In this document: positions 17,357 through 25,094 of the stretch, in pieces | Position numbering within the stretch: the first letter of the stretch is position 1 | Layout: the number at the start of each line of letters is the position of its first letter | DNA from: a virus | Taxonomy: Duplodnaviria > Caudoviricetes | Direction: 5' to 3' (one strand) | Virus record (IMG/VR): IMGVR_UViG_3300022909_000101 | Location: 1 to 26,208 of that record | Length of the DNA: 26,208 bases | Made by a program: the position numbers and the translations under genes | The notes under the pieces: generated by a model | Told to the model about the DNA's origin: nothing | What the model saw: only the letters and a program-made list of their open reading frames with translations | Databases searched by the model: none

Positions 17357-17670
17357 TGCCATTATATACTTTTAAAAATACTAAGACAGGTAAAACATTT
17401 ACCGATATGATGAGTATTGCTGAAATGGAAGATTATTTAGAAAAAAATAAACATATCAAACAACAACTGACCAGTTTAAATATTGTTGGTGGTGTAAGTG
17501 GTATGAGTTATAGAACTGATGGTGGTTGGAAAGATAATTTAAGCAGAATTGCTGAAGCACATCCTAACAGTCCTTTAGCACAACAACATAGAAAAAGATC
17601 AGTAAAAGAAGTTAAAACCGAACAAGCAGTTAAAAAATACAAGGCTAGACAAAGTGCAAAAAATAAATAA
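17356..17670 (+). CDS. FmdB-like conserved phage protein (Cys-less)
   Basis: MPLYTFKNTKTG...GWKDNLSRIAEAHPNS. Confidence 0.6.
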   Translation: MPLYTFKNTKTGKTFTDMMSIAEMEDYLEKNKHIKQQLTSLNIVGGVSGMSYRTDGGWKDNLSRIAEAHPNSPLAQQHRKRSVKEVKTEQAVKKYKARQSAKNK

Positions 17671-17674
17671 TATA

Positions 17675-17784
17675 GTACAGAGCGAGCAACCGAAACACAA
17701 CGGTCGTATACCTGAGTCGAATAGGTCAATCCGCTTATTGTACAAACCTCAAAACGGTGGGTTATCCTGCTTGGATAACCTACC
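17675..17784 (+). ncRNA. Candidate structured RNA (three-way junction plus 12-bp hairpin)
   Basis: GC-rich island with nested stems GTACA/TGTAC, AGCG/CGCT, ACCG/CGGT, ACCT/AGGT, then GGTGGGTTATCC/GGATAACCTACC. Confidence 0.45.
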
Positions 17785-17807
17785 TACAACTAATAAGGAG
17801 AAAAACA

Positions 17808-18200
17808 ATGGCAGATATACCTGATTTTATGAGGGAGTTTGATACGGATATAGACTTTGGTTTTACTCCTGTATCATCTAAACCAGCTGAAGAAACACAA
17901 CCCAGCATTGACCCGAGTGTTATAGAAAATTCAAATTTAGAACTAGCAAAAATTAAATCAGATGTTTCTGATATTAAATCTGCTATGAATGAAGTTATGC
18001 AGATTGTTGCTGAAAAAGATACAGTAACAAAAGAGATACAGGACGCTGACACACAGGCAAGATTTAAAGAAATTGAAAAGATTATGTTACCATTTTTATA
18101 TAATCTTTCAAAGTCCAACGAACCTTACATACATTGGCCAAATAGAGGACCAATCATCAAGGCACAGATGGACAAATTGTTAAAACTGACAAGGGGGTAA
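17808..18200 (+). CDS. Conserved hypothetical protein
   Basis: AAGGAG SD before ATG 17808; DFGFT...PYIHWPNR. Confidence 0.7.
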   Translation: MADIPDFMREFDTDIDFGFTPVSSKPAEETQPSIDPSVIENSNLELAKIKSDVSDIKSAMNEVMQIVAEKDTVTKEIQDADTQARFKEIEKIMLPFLYNLSKSNEPYIHWPNRGPIIKAQMDKLLKLTRG

Positions 18201-18203
18201 ATT

Positions 18204-18377
18204 ATGTTAGAAGTGAAAGCTCATCACAAAGAACTTAAAAGAGCGGTGAATGAAGTTGAAGACAAAAGAAAAACCGATAGATCAAACAAATTATGGTATG
18301 ATCTAAGAACCTTGAAGAAAATTAAATTAAAAGCAAAGGAAAAACTAAATGCAACTAAGCAAAAACTTTTCGCTTAA
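18204..18377 (+). CDS. Small coiled-coil protein (DUF465-like, not in ORF track)
   Basis: MLEVKAHHKELKRAVNEVE...LRTLKKIKLKAKEKL; GGGGG SD. Confidence 0.55.
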   Translation: MLEVKAHHKELKRAVNEVEDKRKTDRSNKLWYDLRTLKKIKLKAKEKLNATKQKLFA

Positions 18378-18819
18378 AGAACTTACTGCTTCACAAACAG
18401 CAGATAGACACGGTATTAGTAATAATCCAAGCGAAGATCATATGGATAACTTAAAAAAACTTTGTGATAATGTTCTACAAAAAGTTAGAGATCATTATGG
18501 CAAAGTAGTATCTGTATCATCAGGATATAGAAGTCCTGAACTATGTTTAAAAATAGGTTCAAGTGCGAAATCACAGCATGCCAAAGGCCAAGCCGCTGAT
18601 TTTGAAATCTTTGGTGTGCCGAATGCTGAACTAGCAAAATATATCATTGACAACCTAGATTTTGACCAACTAATATTGGAATATCATAATCCAGAAGAAC
18701 CTAACAGTGGTTGGATTCATTGTTCATATAAGAATGCTGAGGACAACAGAAAACAAGTATTAAGAGCATACAGAAATGATGATGGTAAGACGGTATATGA
18801 ACCGTACGATCCCAGCTGA
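18349..18819 (+). CDS. Peptidase M15A (D-Ala-D-Ala peptidase/endolysin-like)
   Basis: LSKNFSLKE, SSGYRS, SQHAKGQAAD, WIHCSY. Confidence 0.9.
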   Translation: MQLSKNFSLKELTASQTADRHGISNNPSEDHMDNLKKLCDNVLQKVRDHYGKVVSVSSGYRSPELCLKIGSSAKSQHAKGQAADFEIFGVPNAELAKYIIDNLDFDQLILEYHNPEEPNSGWIHCSYKNAEDNRKQVLRAYRNDDGKTVYEPYDPS

Positions 18820-18901
18820 GCGTTTGAACGTCTTAATAATGACAAAAAAATAGAACAAGACAAGATTATAGAACAATATATGCAGAAAGGTATATAGGTG
18901 C

Positions 18902-18930
18902 TTGACCAATCTTGTATTTTGTGATATAAT
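18902..18930 (+). promoter_or_regulatory. Sigma70 promoter
   Basis: TTGACC, 17 bp, TATAAT with extended TG. Confidence 0.75.
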
Positions 18931-18960
18931 GATTATATAATATTAACAGGAAGGTATATT

Positions 18961-19665
18961 ATGGCGTTTAATTATGTAAAATTGAGTGAAGAAAAACTAC
19001 CTAAAAGTTTAGGTGTGAAAGGTAAAAACCAAGATGGTATAAGATATTATACTATTGACGGTGTTAATATGCCTTCCGTTACTTCTATTCTAGGTTCAAT
19101 TCCCGAAAGAAAATTAAAGATAGAAGGATGGCGTAATGCAGTTGGTGAAAAAATGGCCAACTATATTTCTGTATCTGCTACAAATCGTGGCAAAACAACA
19201 CACACACTTATAGAAAATCACTTAAAAAATGAAGACGACAAGTCTGTTGGTATAACCGCTGTTACACCATTAGGTTTGTTTAGAATTATCAAACCGTATC
19301 TTGCTAGAATAGATAATATTCATTGTATAGAAGAATATTTGTATTCAAAAGAGATTAGTGTTGCAGGTCAAGTTGATTGTATTGCTGAATATAAAGGTAA
19401 ACTATCTGTGGTTGATTTTAAAACATCTACAAAAAGACGTGACGCTGACTATAACTATGGTAACTTTTTGCAGTGTTCAGCCTATGCTAAAATGTTTGAG
19501 GAGATATTTCCTGATAAAAAGATTGAACAAACTGTTATTTTAGCTGCTTGTGAAGACGGGTTTGTACAAGAATGGATACACGGTGAAGATAAAATCAAAG
19601 AACACCAAGAGTTATTTTACAAACACACTAAAGACTTTTTTGATAGAAATAATATAAATAGTTAA
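18961..19665 (+). CDS. PD-(D/E)xK exonuclease (T4-like phage exonuclease)
   Basis: PSVTSIL, RGKTTH, AGQVDCI, VVDFKTS, QCSAY. Confidence 0.85.
   Translation: MAFNYVKLSEEKLPKSLGVKGKNQDGIRYYTIDGVNMPSVTSILGSIPERKLKIEGWRNAVGEKMANYISVSATNRGKTTHTLIENHLKNEDDKSVGITAVTPLGLFRIIKPYLARIDNIHCIEEYLYSKEISVAGQVDCIAEYKGKLSVVDFKTSTKRRDADYNYGNFLQCSAYAKMFEEIFPDKKIEQTVILAACEDGFVQEWIHGEDKIKEHQELFYKHTKDFFDRNNINS
19653..19660 (+). promoter_or_regulatory. T4-type late promoter TATAAATA
   Basis: Exact consensus at the exonuclease 3' end, upstream of 19742 and the tmRNA. Confidence 0.55.
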
Positions 19666-19741
19666 TAAAAGTCAATAGTCGAATTAATTAAAAAGGTGAG
19701 TTATTTTATCCTACTTGCGACCTTAACAGCTAAAGGGAATT

Positions 19742-20071
19742 ATGAAAAAAATATTAATAGTTTTAAGTTTATTAATTGCTAGTGTAGCATATGCAGACCA
19801 TGAAGAACATCTTGGTGAATATTATATGACACAAGCACCAGTATTATGTGCTTCATCAGAATATATCGACAGTTATTTAAATCATTATAATTTTAAACCG
19901 TCAAATATATCCTTAGGAAGAGAAGGTATGGTAGAAACTGGTAAACCTGTTTATATGATAACTTATTATGTAAACAGTGAAAGTGGACAAACTACAGCTA
20001 CAATAGATGTACCAAATGCTAGTGAAAGATGTTTATTGTTTCATACATTTGATTTGTACATACCGAATTAA
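19742..20071 (+). CDS. Secreted hypothetical protein
   Basis: Signal peptide MKKILIVLSLLIASVAYA; 2 Cys. Confidence 0.7.
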   Translation: MKKILIVLSLLIASVAYADHEEHLGEYYMTQAPVLCASSEYIDSYLNHYNFKPSNISLGREGMVETGKPVYMITYYVNSESGQTTATIDVPNASERCLLFHTFDLYIPN

Positions 20072-20296
20072 ACGTTGAAGGTAAGAAAATACCTGATATG
20101 GACTTGGGTGCAATACCCAACCACTCCACCATTTAAACAATGAAATTTAAGGGGTGGAAATAGGTTCGACATACAGTTAAAACTTACTGGAGTTTAATCG
20201 CTGACAACGTAAAGTCATCTTATAAATGCTAACAATTTAGCGATGGCAGCTTAATACTGCTAAACGGTTTGCCTGTACCGAGTAACAGAAACAGGC
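20072..20296 (+). ncRNA. ssrA: Circularly permuted (two-piece) tmRNA
   Basis: T-arm TTGGG-TGCAATA-CCCAA then CCACTCC-A-CCA (20104-20131); 19-nt intervening segment; GGGGTGGAAATAGGTTCGAC (20151-20170) giving a 7-bp acceptor stem with G3:U70; tag ORF ANNLAMAA* (20228-20254); terminal hairpin GCCTGT/ACAGGC. Confidence 0.9.
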
Positions 20297-20325
20297 TTGA
20301 CAAAATCACTCACAAATGATATAAT
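20297..20325 (+). promoter_or_regulatory. Sigma70 promoter (likely leaderless)
   Basis: TTGACA, 17 bp, TATAAT with extended TG; ATG at 20332. Confidence 0.8.
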
Positions 20326-20331
20326 AAATGT

Positions 20332-20556
20332 ATGAATTTAATGAATAGTAAAAAGTTTGGTTTAATCATAGAAGATATGGTTAAGAAACAAAGAATACCT
20401 TATATGGATGCAGTTATTAAATACTGTGAAGAAAATGATATTGACTTATCATCTGTCGGTCCACTTATAAACAAACCACTTAAAGAAAAAATAAAAGAAG
20501 AGGCACAAAAACTGAACATGGTTGAAAAATCAAGTACCGCAGTTTTACCTATATGA
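20332..20556 (+). CDS. gp33: Late-promoter transcription co-activator (T4 gp33-like)
   Basis: F...IE..V......YMDAVIKYCEEN.ID...LKEKIKEEA..LN..LPI; position before gp59. Confidence 0.85.
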   Translation: MNLMNSKKFGLIIEDMVKKQRIPYMDAVIKYCEENDIDLSSVGPLINKPLKEKIKEEAQKLNMVEKSSTAVLPI

Positions 20557-21155
20557 ACAGTTATGAAGCTTACACATTATATTTGGCTATTAAACTACAC
20601 TTCACTTCCTCTAATTATGATTTTTATAAACACAATGCCAAAGTTAATGCATCTTTTAACACATTTTTAAAGCGTAATGATAGATTTTTCTTTCATAAAC
20701 TTACAACTAAATACAATAAGGAAGAGATGTTAGAATATTTTGTCTGTAATTTCTTTCATAATTCAAAAACATGGATAGGAAACTTAGTTAGAGCTGATGG
20801 AGAAACAAACTATACAAAGTGGAAAAAGTTTAATCAATCATTTACATACAATTTTAGAAACGATTGCTTATTATTGCGTAATGTCATTGATGCTGATAGG
20901 ATTTCTTTTGATGATGTTTTTCGCATATCTAATGGCCAACATCCAAGATTGTTACGGTTACTTCTTTCTGAACAAATCGCAGTACAAACATTCGTCATCT
21001 TGGATAAGATATTGTCGTTTTGTAAAAATTGGGATAAAGAAATTGCTGAAACTATTATCTGGCCTGAAAAGTCATTTAAGATTGCCAAGTTAAAGCCATT
21101 TGTTAATTTCAATTTAACAAAATGTAAATTTATTATGAAAGAGGTGTTTGTATGA
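20553..21155 (+). CDS. gp59: Helicase loader (T4 gp59-like)
   Basis: YLAIKLHFT..YDFYK...KRNDRFFF; synteny with gp33 and gp32. Confidence 0.88.
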   Translation: MNSYEAYTLYLAIKLHFTSSNYDFYKHNAKVNASFNTFLKRNDRFFFHKLTTKYNKEEMLEYFVCNFFHNSKTWIGNLVRADGETNYTKWKKFNQSFTYNFRNDCLLLRNVIDADRISFDDVFRISNGQHPRLLRLLLSEQIAVQTFVILDKILSFCKNWDKEIAETIIWPEKSFKIAKLKPFVNFNLTKCKFIMKEVFV

Positions 21156-21412
21156 GTGAAAAACCAGTAACACCTGAGTCAAATAAAATAGGCGATAAAA
21201 CAATAGATAGAATATATCAAAATCTACATGGCACACTAAATTTAATTTTAAAAGATGGCACAAGTTATGATGGTAAGATTGATAAAAGATCAATCAAACT
21301 ATCTAATGGTACAATGAGTCATGTATATAATGTAAAAAACAAATGGTTTGATAGAACTGGTATGCCTATAGATAAACCTGATAATTTAATAACAAGAGAA
21401 AGTAATGGGTAA
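21152..21412 (+). CDS. Hypothetical protein
   Basis: GAGGTG SD, ATGA overlap. Confidence 0.65.
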   Translation: MSEKPVTPESNKIGDKTIDRIYQNLHGTLNLILKDGTSYDGKIDKRSIKLSNGTMSHVYNVKNKWFDRTGMPIDKPDNLITRESNG

Positions 21413-21842
21413 AATAATTTTAGTTATGGGTCTACCAGGTTCTGGTAAAACTACATTGGCGAAAATGTTAGCAGATAAATTAGAGGCACCATTATTAAAT
21501 GCTGATGAGATAAGAGAGGCACATAACGATTGGGACTTTACTGCTGAAGGTAGGCTTAGACAAACTAAAAGAATGAAAAAGTTAGCAGATAAATTAGCTT
21601 TAGATTATGATTATGTTATTGCTGACTTTATTTGTCCAAGACCTAGATTAAGACGTTTATTTTCACCTCATTATATTATATGGATGGATACAATTGAAGA
21701 AGGTAGATATGAGGATACTAATCAATACTTTATACCACCTAGAAAATTTGATATTAAAGTATCGAAAATGGATGCTGACACTTGGTCTGAATTAATATTA
21801 AAAGATATTCTTGGTGAAGACTATAGAGAAAAAGATGAATAG
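21405..21842 (+). CDS. P-loop kinase (adenylylsulfate kinase-like)
   Basis: GLPGSGKTT, NADEIR, DWDFT.EGRLRQ, ADFICP. Confidence 0.75.
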   Translation: MGKIILVMGLPGSGKTTLAKMLADKLEAPLLNADEIREAHNDWDFTAEGRLRQTKRMKKLADKLALDYDYVIADFICPRPRLRRLFSPHYIIWMDTIEEGRYEDTNQYFIPPRKFDIKVSKMDADTWSELILKDILGEDYREKDE

Positions 21843-22695
21843 AGTATTTTTAATTGGCAATGGTGAAAGTAGAAAAGATTTTGATTTAAGTCTTTTAAAA
21901 CCACATGGTAAATTATATGGTTGTAACGCCATCTATAGAGATCATCCTGAGTTAATAGATGTATTGACAGCTGTTGATGGTGGTATGATACACGAAGTAT
22001 ATCACTCTGGTATTGCACAAAAGATACCATGCTATTTTAGAGCATGGACAAAAGTGCCTACAATGTTATATCAAAGTATTGTAGAAGGTATGGCATCAAT
22101 ACAAGACCTTGAAGATATAAAAGATTTTGATTTAATTAAATCAAATGAACAAGGTGACTCACAAGAATTTGTTACACACGGTTCAACAATAGATGGTATT
22201 GTTACAATTCTTAAAAAGGCCAAAGAACAAGGTGGTGATAGAGAACGTATAAAAAAGAAAATACACAATGCTCATGTTTATGTTTCTTGGATTAAACAAC
22301 CAGATAAATCTTATGACATAAGAGAGTGTGAACCAGACGGTGTTGATGATGGTTGGGCATGTGGACCTACAACAGGTTACATTGCTTCTAAATTAGAAAA
22401 ACCAGATGAGATTTATATGATAGGCCATGATCTAGTATCTGATACAAATACAGTTAATAATATGTACAAAAGTACAGACAACTATGTTGCTTCAGAATTT
22501 GAACCTACACCATCAGGTAATTGGGAGTTACAATGGAAAAGATTAATGGAGTTAAACCCTAAAATTAAGTTTTACAAAGTGAATAAAGAACTGAACGATA
22601 GTCCTACAAACCGTAAAATAGACGTGTTTATAGCACAAGAAGATATAAACTTAGAGTATATTAGCCAGGCACAACTGCTTGACAGATTGAGTTAA
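21835..22695 (+). CDS. Hypothetical protein with DUF115/MptE-like Rossmann fold
   Basis: IGNGESR, YGCNAIYRD, EIYMIGHD. Confidence 0.6.
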   Translation: MNRVFLIGNGESRKDFDLSLLKPHGKLYGCNAIYRDHPELIDVLTAVDGGMIHEVYHSGIAQKIPCYFRAWTKVPTMLYQSIVEGMASIQDLEDIKDFDLIKSNEQGDSQEFVTHGSTIDGIVTILKKAKEQGGDRERIKKKIHNAHVYVSWIKQPDKSYDIRECEPDGVDDGWACGPTTGYIASKLEKPDEIYMIGHDLVSDTNTVNNMYKSTDNYVASEFEPTPSGNWELQWKRLMELNPKIKFYKVNKELNDSPTNRKIDVFIAQEDINLEYISQAQLLDRLS

Positions 22696-22707
22696 ATCTG
22701 TTATAAT
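22679..22707 (+). promoter_or_regulatory. Sigma70 promoter upstream of gp32
   Basis: TTGACA, 17 bp, TATAAT with extended TG. Confidence 0.8.
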
Positions 22708-22713
22708 AAGATT

Positions 22714-22812
22714 ATGTTTGATGAAATATTATATAAAATTTTAGACAGATTTTCTACCTTTATAGAAAAGGTAAAAAAAGTTATTAATGATAAAAAAAAG
22801 AAGTATAAATAA
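22714..22812 (+). CDS. Putative 32-aa leaderless peptide
   Basis: MFDEILYKILDRFSTFIEKVKKVINDKKKKYK*; ATG 7 nt after the -10 box. Confidence 0.45.
   Translation: MFDEILYKILDRFSTFIEKVKKVINDKKKKYK
22804..22811 (+). promoter_or_regulatory. T4-type late promoter TATAAATA for gp32
   Basis: Exact consensus. Confidence 0.6.
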
Positions 22813-22869
22813 TATTATACTTACATTAATACAAATACGTACAACAATATATACAAGGAGATACATACA

Positions 22870-23769
22870 ATGTCAAGTGCATTAGAAGCCCTAAAGAAGT
22901 CAAAGTCCAACTTTGATGCTCTAACAAAGAAGTTAGAAAACACAATCGAACAACCAGAAAAGAAAAACAAATACCAAGACGATAGGTTATGGAAACCCGA
23001 ACTTGATAAATCAGGTAATGGTTATGCCGTGCTAAGATTTTTACCAGCAGTTGAAGGTGAAGATATGCCATGGCAAAGAGTTTGGAATCATGCGTTTCAA
23101 GGACCTGGTGGTCAATGGTATATTGAAAACAGTTTAACAACGTTAAACAAAAAAGATCCTGTGTCTGAAGAAAATACAAGACTATGGAATACTGGTATTG
23201 AAGCAGATAAAGAAATTGCTAGAAAAAGAAAAAGAAAGTTATCTTACTATTCAAATATTCTAGTAGTGTCAGACCCAAAACATCCTGAAAACGAAGGTAA
23301 AGTATTTTTATTCAAATTTGGTAAAAAGATTTTTGATAAGATTACAGAAGCAATGAACCCAGCGTTTGAAGATGAGAAGGCTGTTAACCCATTTGATTTT
23401 TGGGAAGGTGCAAACTTTAAACTAAAAATCAGAAAAGTTGATGGTTATTGGAATTATGATAAATCTGAATTTGAGCAACCAAGTAGAGTAAAACCTACTG
23501 ATGAGGAGATTGACAAAATATGGAAATCTCAATATGCTCTAAAACCCTTCGTTGATCCAAGTAATTTTAAATCTTATGATGAACTCAAAGAGAAACTGAA
23601 TAAGACACTTACTGGACAAAGAAGTACTGAGTCTGTAGAAGATATTGACCTCCCACCTGTCAGTAATGACGTACCAACGTCTTCTAACAATTCAGTAGAG
23701 GAAGTTGAATCGTCCAGCGATAGCGATGACCTATCGTATTTTAGTAAACTTGCTGAGGACGATTCATAA
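22870..23769 (+). CDS. gp32: Single-stranded DNA-binding protein (T4 gp32-like)
   Basis: DDRLWKP..DKSGNGYAVLRFLP, WYIENS, FGKKIFDKI, GANFKLKI, acidic tail; AAGGAG SD. Confidence 0.96.
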   Translation: MSSALEALKKSKSNFDALTKKLENTIEQPEKKNKYQDDRLWKPELDKSGNGYAVLRFLPAVEGEDMPWQRVWNHAFQGPGGQWYIENSLTTLNKKDPVSEENTRLWNTGIEADKEIARKRKRKLSYYSNILVVSDPKHPENEGKVFLFKFGKKIFDKITEAMNPAFEDEKAVNPFDFWEGANFKLKIRKVDGYWNYDKSEFEQPSRVKPTDEEIDKIWKSQYALKPFVDPSNFKSYDELKEKLNKTLTGQRSTESVEDIDLPPVSNDVPTSSNNSVEEVESSSDSDDLSYFSKLAEDDS

Positions 23770-23792
23770 TCTATCTCTCTCACTTTCTCAAT

Positions 23793-23814
23793 TGGGTAGC
23801 CTTCGGGCTACCCA
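23793..23814 (+). terminator. Stem-loop with C(UUCG)G tetraloop after gp32
   Basis: TGGGTAGCC-TTCG-GGCTACCCA; no clear U-tract. Confidence 0.65.
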
Positions 23815-23826
23815 CTCAATAGAGGC

Positions 23827-23854
23827 TTGACAAAATGAGGAGATATGATATACT
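23827..23854 (+). promoter_or_regulatory. Sigma70 promoter
   Basis: TTGACA, 16 bp, TATACT with extended TG. Confidence 0.7.
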
Positions 23855-23948
23855 ATATAATAATACTAATCCGTTGTAGGGTTACACCAAGTCTATAAAT
23901 GACTTTCTATAAACGACTACAACTTTATTAACAATAAAAGGAAAAAAT

Positions 23949-25094
23949 ATGTCAGACTATATAATAATGCCTGGTAATTCATTTACAAAGGCAGATATAC
24001 AAAAATCACTAAAATACAATCCAAGAGAAAATCATCCAGAGTTTTATGGTAAAGGTTTACCTGAAGGTGTAGAATATTTACCAGAACCAATACTGCTAGA
24101 AGCAAGTGAAATCAATTTAGATACACAATTTGCAGATGGTAGTGATGATGTTTCTAAATCTATTCAACAAATAAGAGCTAAAAATCAAAATAGGCAAGAG
24201 TTAAAATGGTCATTAGAAAATGGTTATGATTTAAGAGAACATTTAATATCTGTTAAAATAAACGAAAGTAATGGTAAATATTACATTATAGATGGTAGAG
24301 GTAAATACCATGAAATGCAAAAACAAGGTTGGAGTAACTTTTTAGTTGACGTTTATAAATGTAAATCAAATCTTGGTTACAGTAGATTGGGTAATTTAAA
24401 AAATAATCCAACAAAACCTGCTTCACCTATTAGTAAATTAGACGTAGTTAAGCATTTAATTAATAATAGAGTAGAATTAGGTATAAAAGATCAGTTAGAT
24501 TATGATGATATGGATACAATTTATAGAAAAGAAGCAAAACTCATAGGTAATCCTAATTGGCAAAAATCTACAATTGATAAAATTGTTTTACAAGCAATTA
24601 ATGACAATAGTAAATATCAGATTGTTACCCACGATGAAAACTCGGCGTCTAATTGGGCAAAGGCAAATAATTATATTGATTCAGAAAAAGATGGTATATA
24701 TTATTTGATAACTTCAGCTGCAACACCTGCTAAAACAATTATAAGAGCTGCAAAAAAAGTTGAGTTATTAAAAGACGCAGATAAATTTAAAGAGTTAAGA
24801 ATAATACTACATCACGGTTACCTTGAAGGTTCAAATCCAGAACAATCTTGGAAAGAAACCGTTGATGATGGTAGAGAACAATTTAACAATTATAGAAATT
24901 TATTAAAAAATTACTTTTCAGGTGATGTTAAAATTTCAAATAAGATAAAATTATATGGAATAACACCATCGTTAGAAGAATTAAAAGATGAATTCCCTAT
25001 GAACAAAGTTGTTAGATACGATCAACCACCTCTTTATATTAATAAAGAAGAACAAAAGTTATGGGATATTGATCCTGAAACTTTAGAAGACTAA
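23949..25094 (+). CDS. Hypothetical protein with possible ParB/Srx-like N-terminal domain
   Basis: QIR...LKWSLENGY...YYIIDGRGK motif. Confidence 0.5.
   Translation: MSDYIIMPGNSFTKADIQKSLKYNPRENHPEFYGKGLPEGVEYLPEPILLEASEINLDTQFADGSDDVSKSIQQIRAKNQNRQELKWSLENGYDLREHLISVKINESNGKYYIIDGRGKYHEMQKQGWSNFLVDVYKCKSNLGYSRLGNLKNNPTKPASPISKLDVVKHLINNRVELGIKDQLDYDDMDTIYRKEAKLIGNPNWQKSTIDKIVLQAINDNSKYQIVTHDENSASNWAKANNYIDSEKDGIYYLITSAATPAKTIIRAAKKVELLKDADKFKELRIILHHGYLEGSNPEQSWKETVDDGREQFNNYRNLLKNYFSGDVKISNKIKLYGITPSLEELKDEFPMNKVVRYDQPPLYINKEEQKLWDIDPETLED

Noticed and set aside
17689-17720. Hammerhead ribozyme (CGAAAC...GTC...CTGA)
   Set aside because: The CUGANGA core is broken (CTGAGTCGA) and stems I and III would be too short.
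18817-18819. Genome-wide TGA recoding or selenocysteine
   Set aside because: TGA acts as a normal stop in ATGA overlaps elsewhere (8623, 10425, 15087, 15692, 21155), and no SECIS-like hairpin is evident.
20101-20170. tRNA-Ala or tRNA fragment/attP site
   Set aside because: There is no anticodon arm, the halves are in permuted order and a tag ORF follows; tmRNA explains it better.
1683-23783. Minus-strand and alternate-frame ORFs in the track (e.g. 1683, 2537, 2662, 4082, 8011, 12234, 17780, 20797, 22826, 23574)
   Set aside because: They are shadows of well-supported plus-strand genes, with no motifs or ribosome-binding sites.
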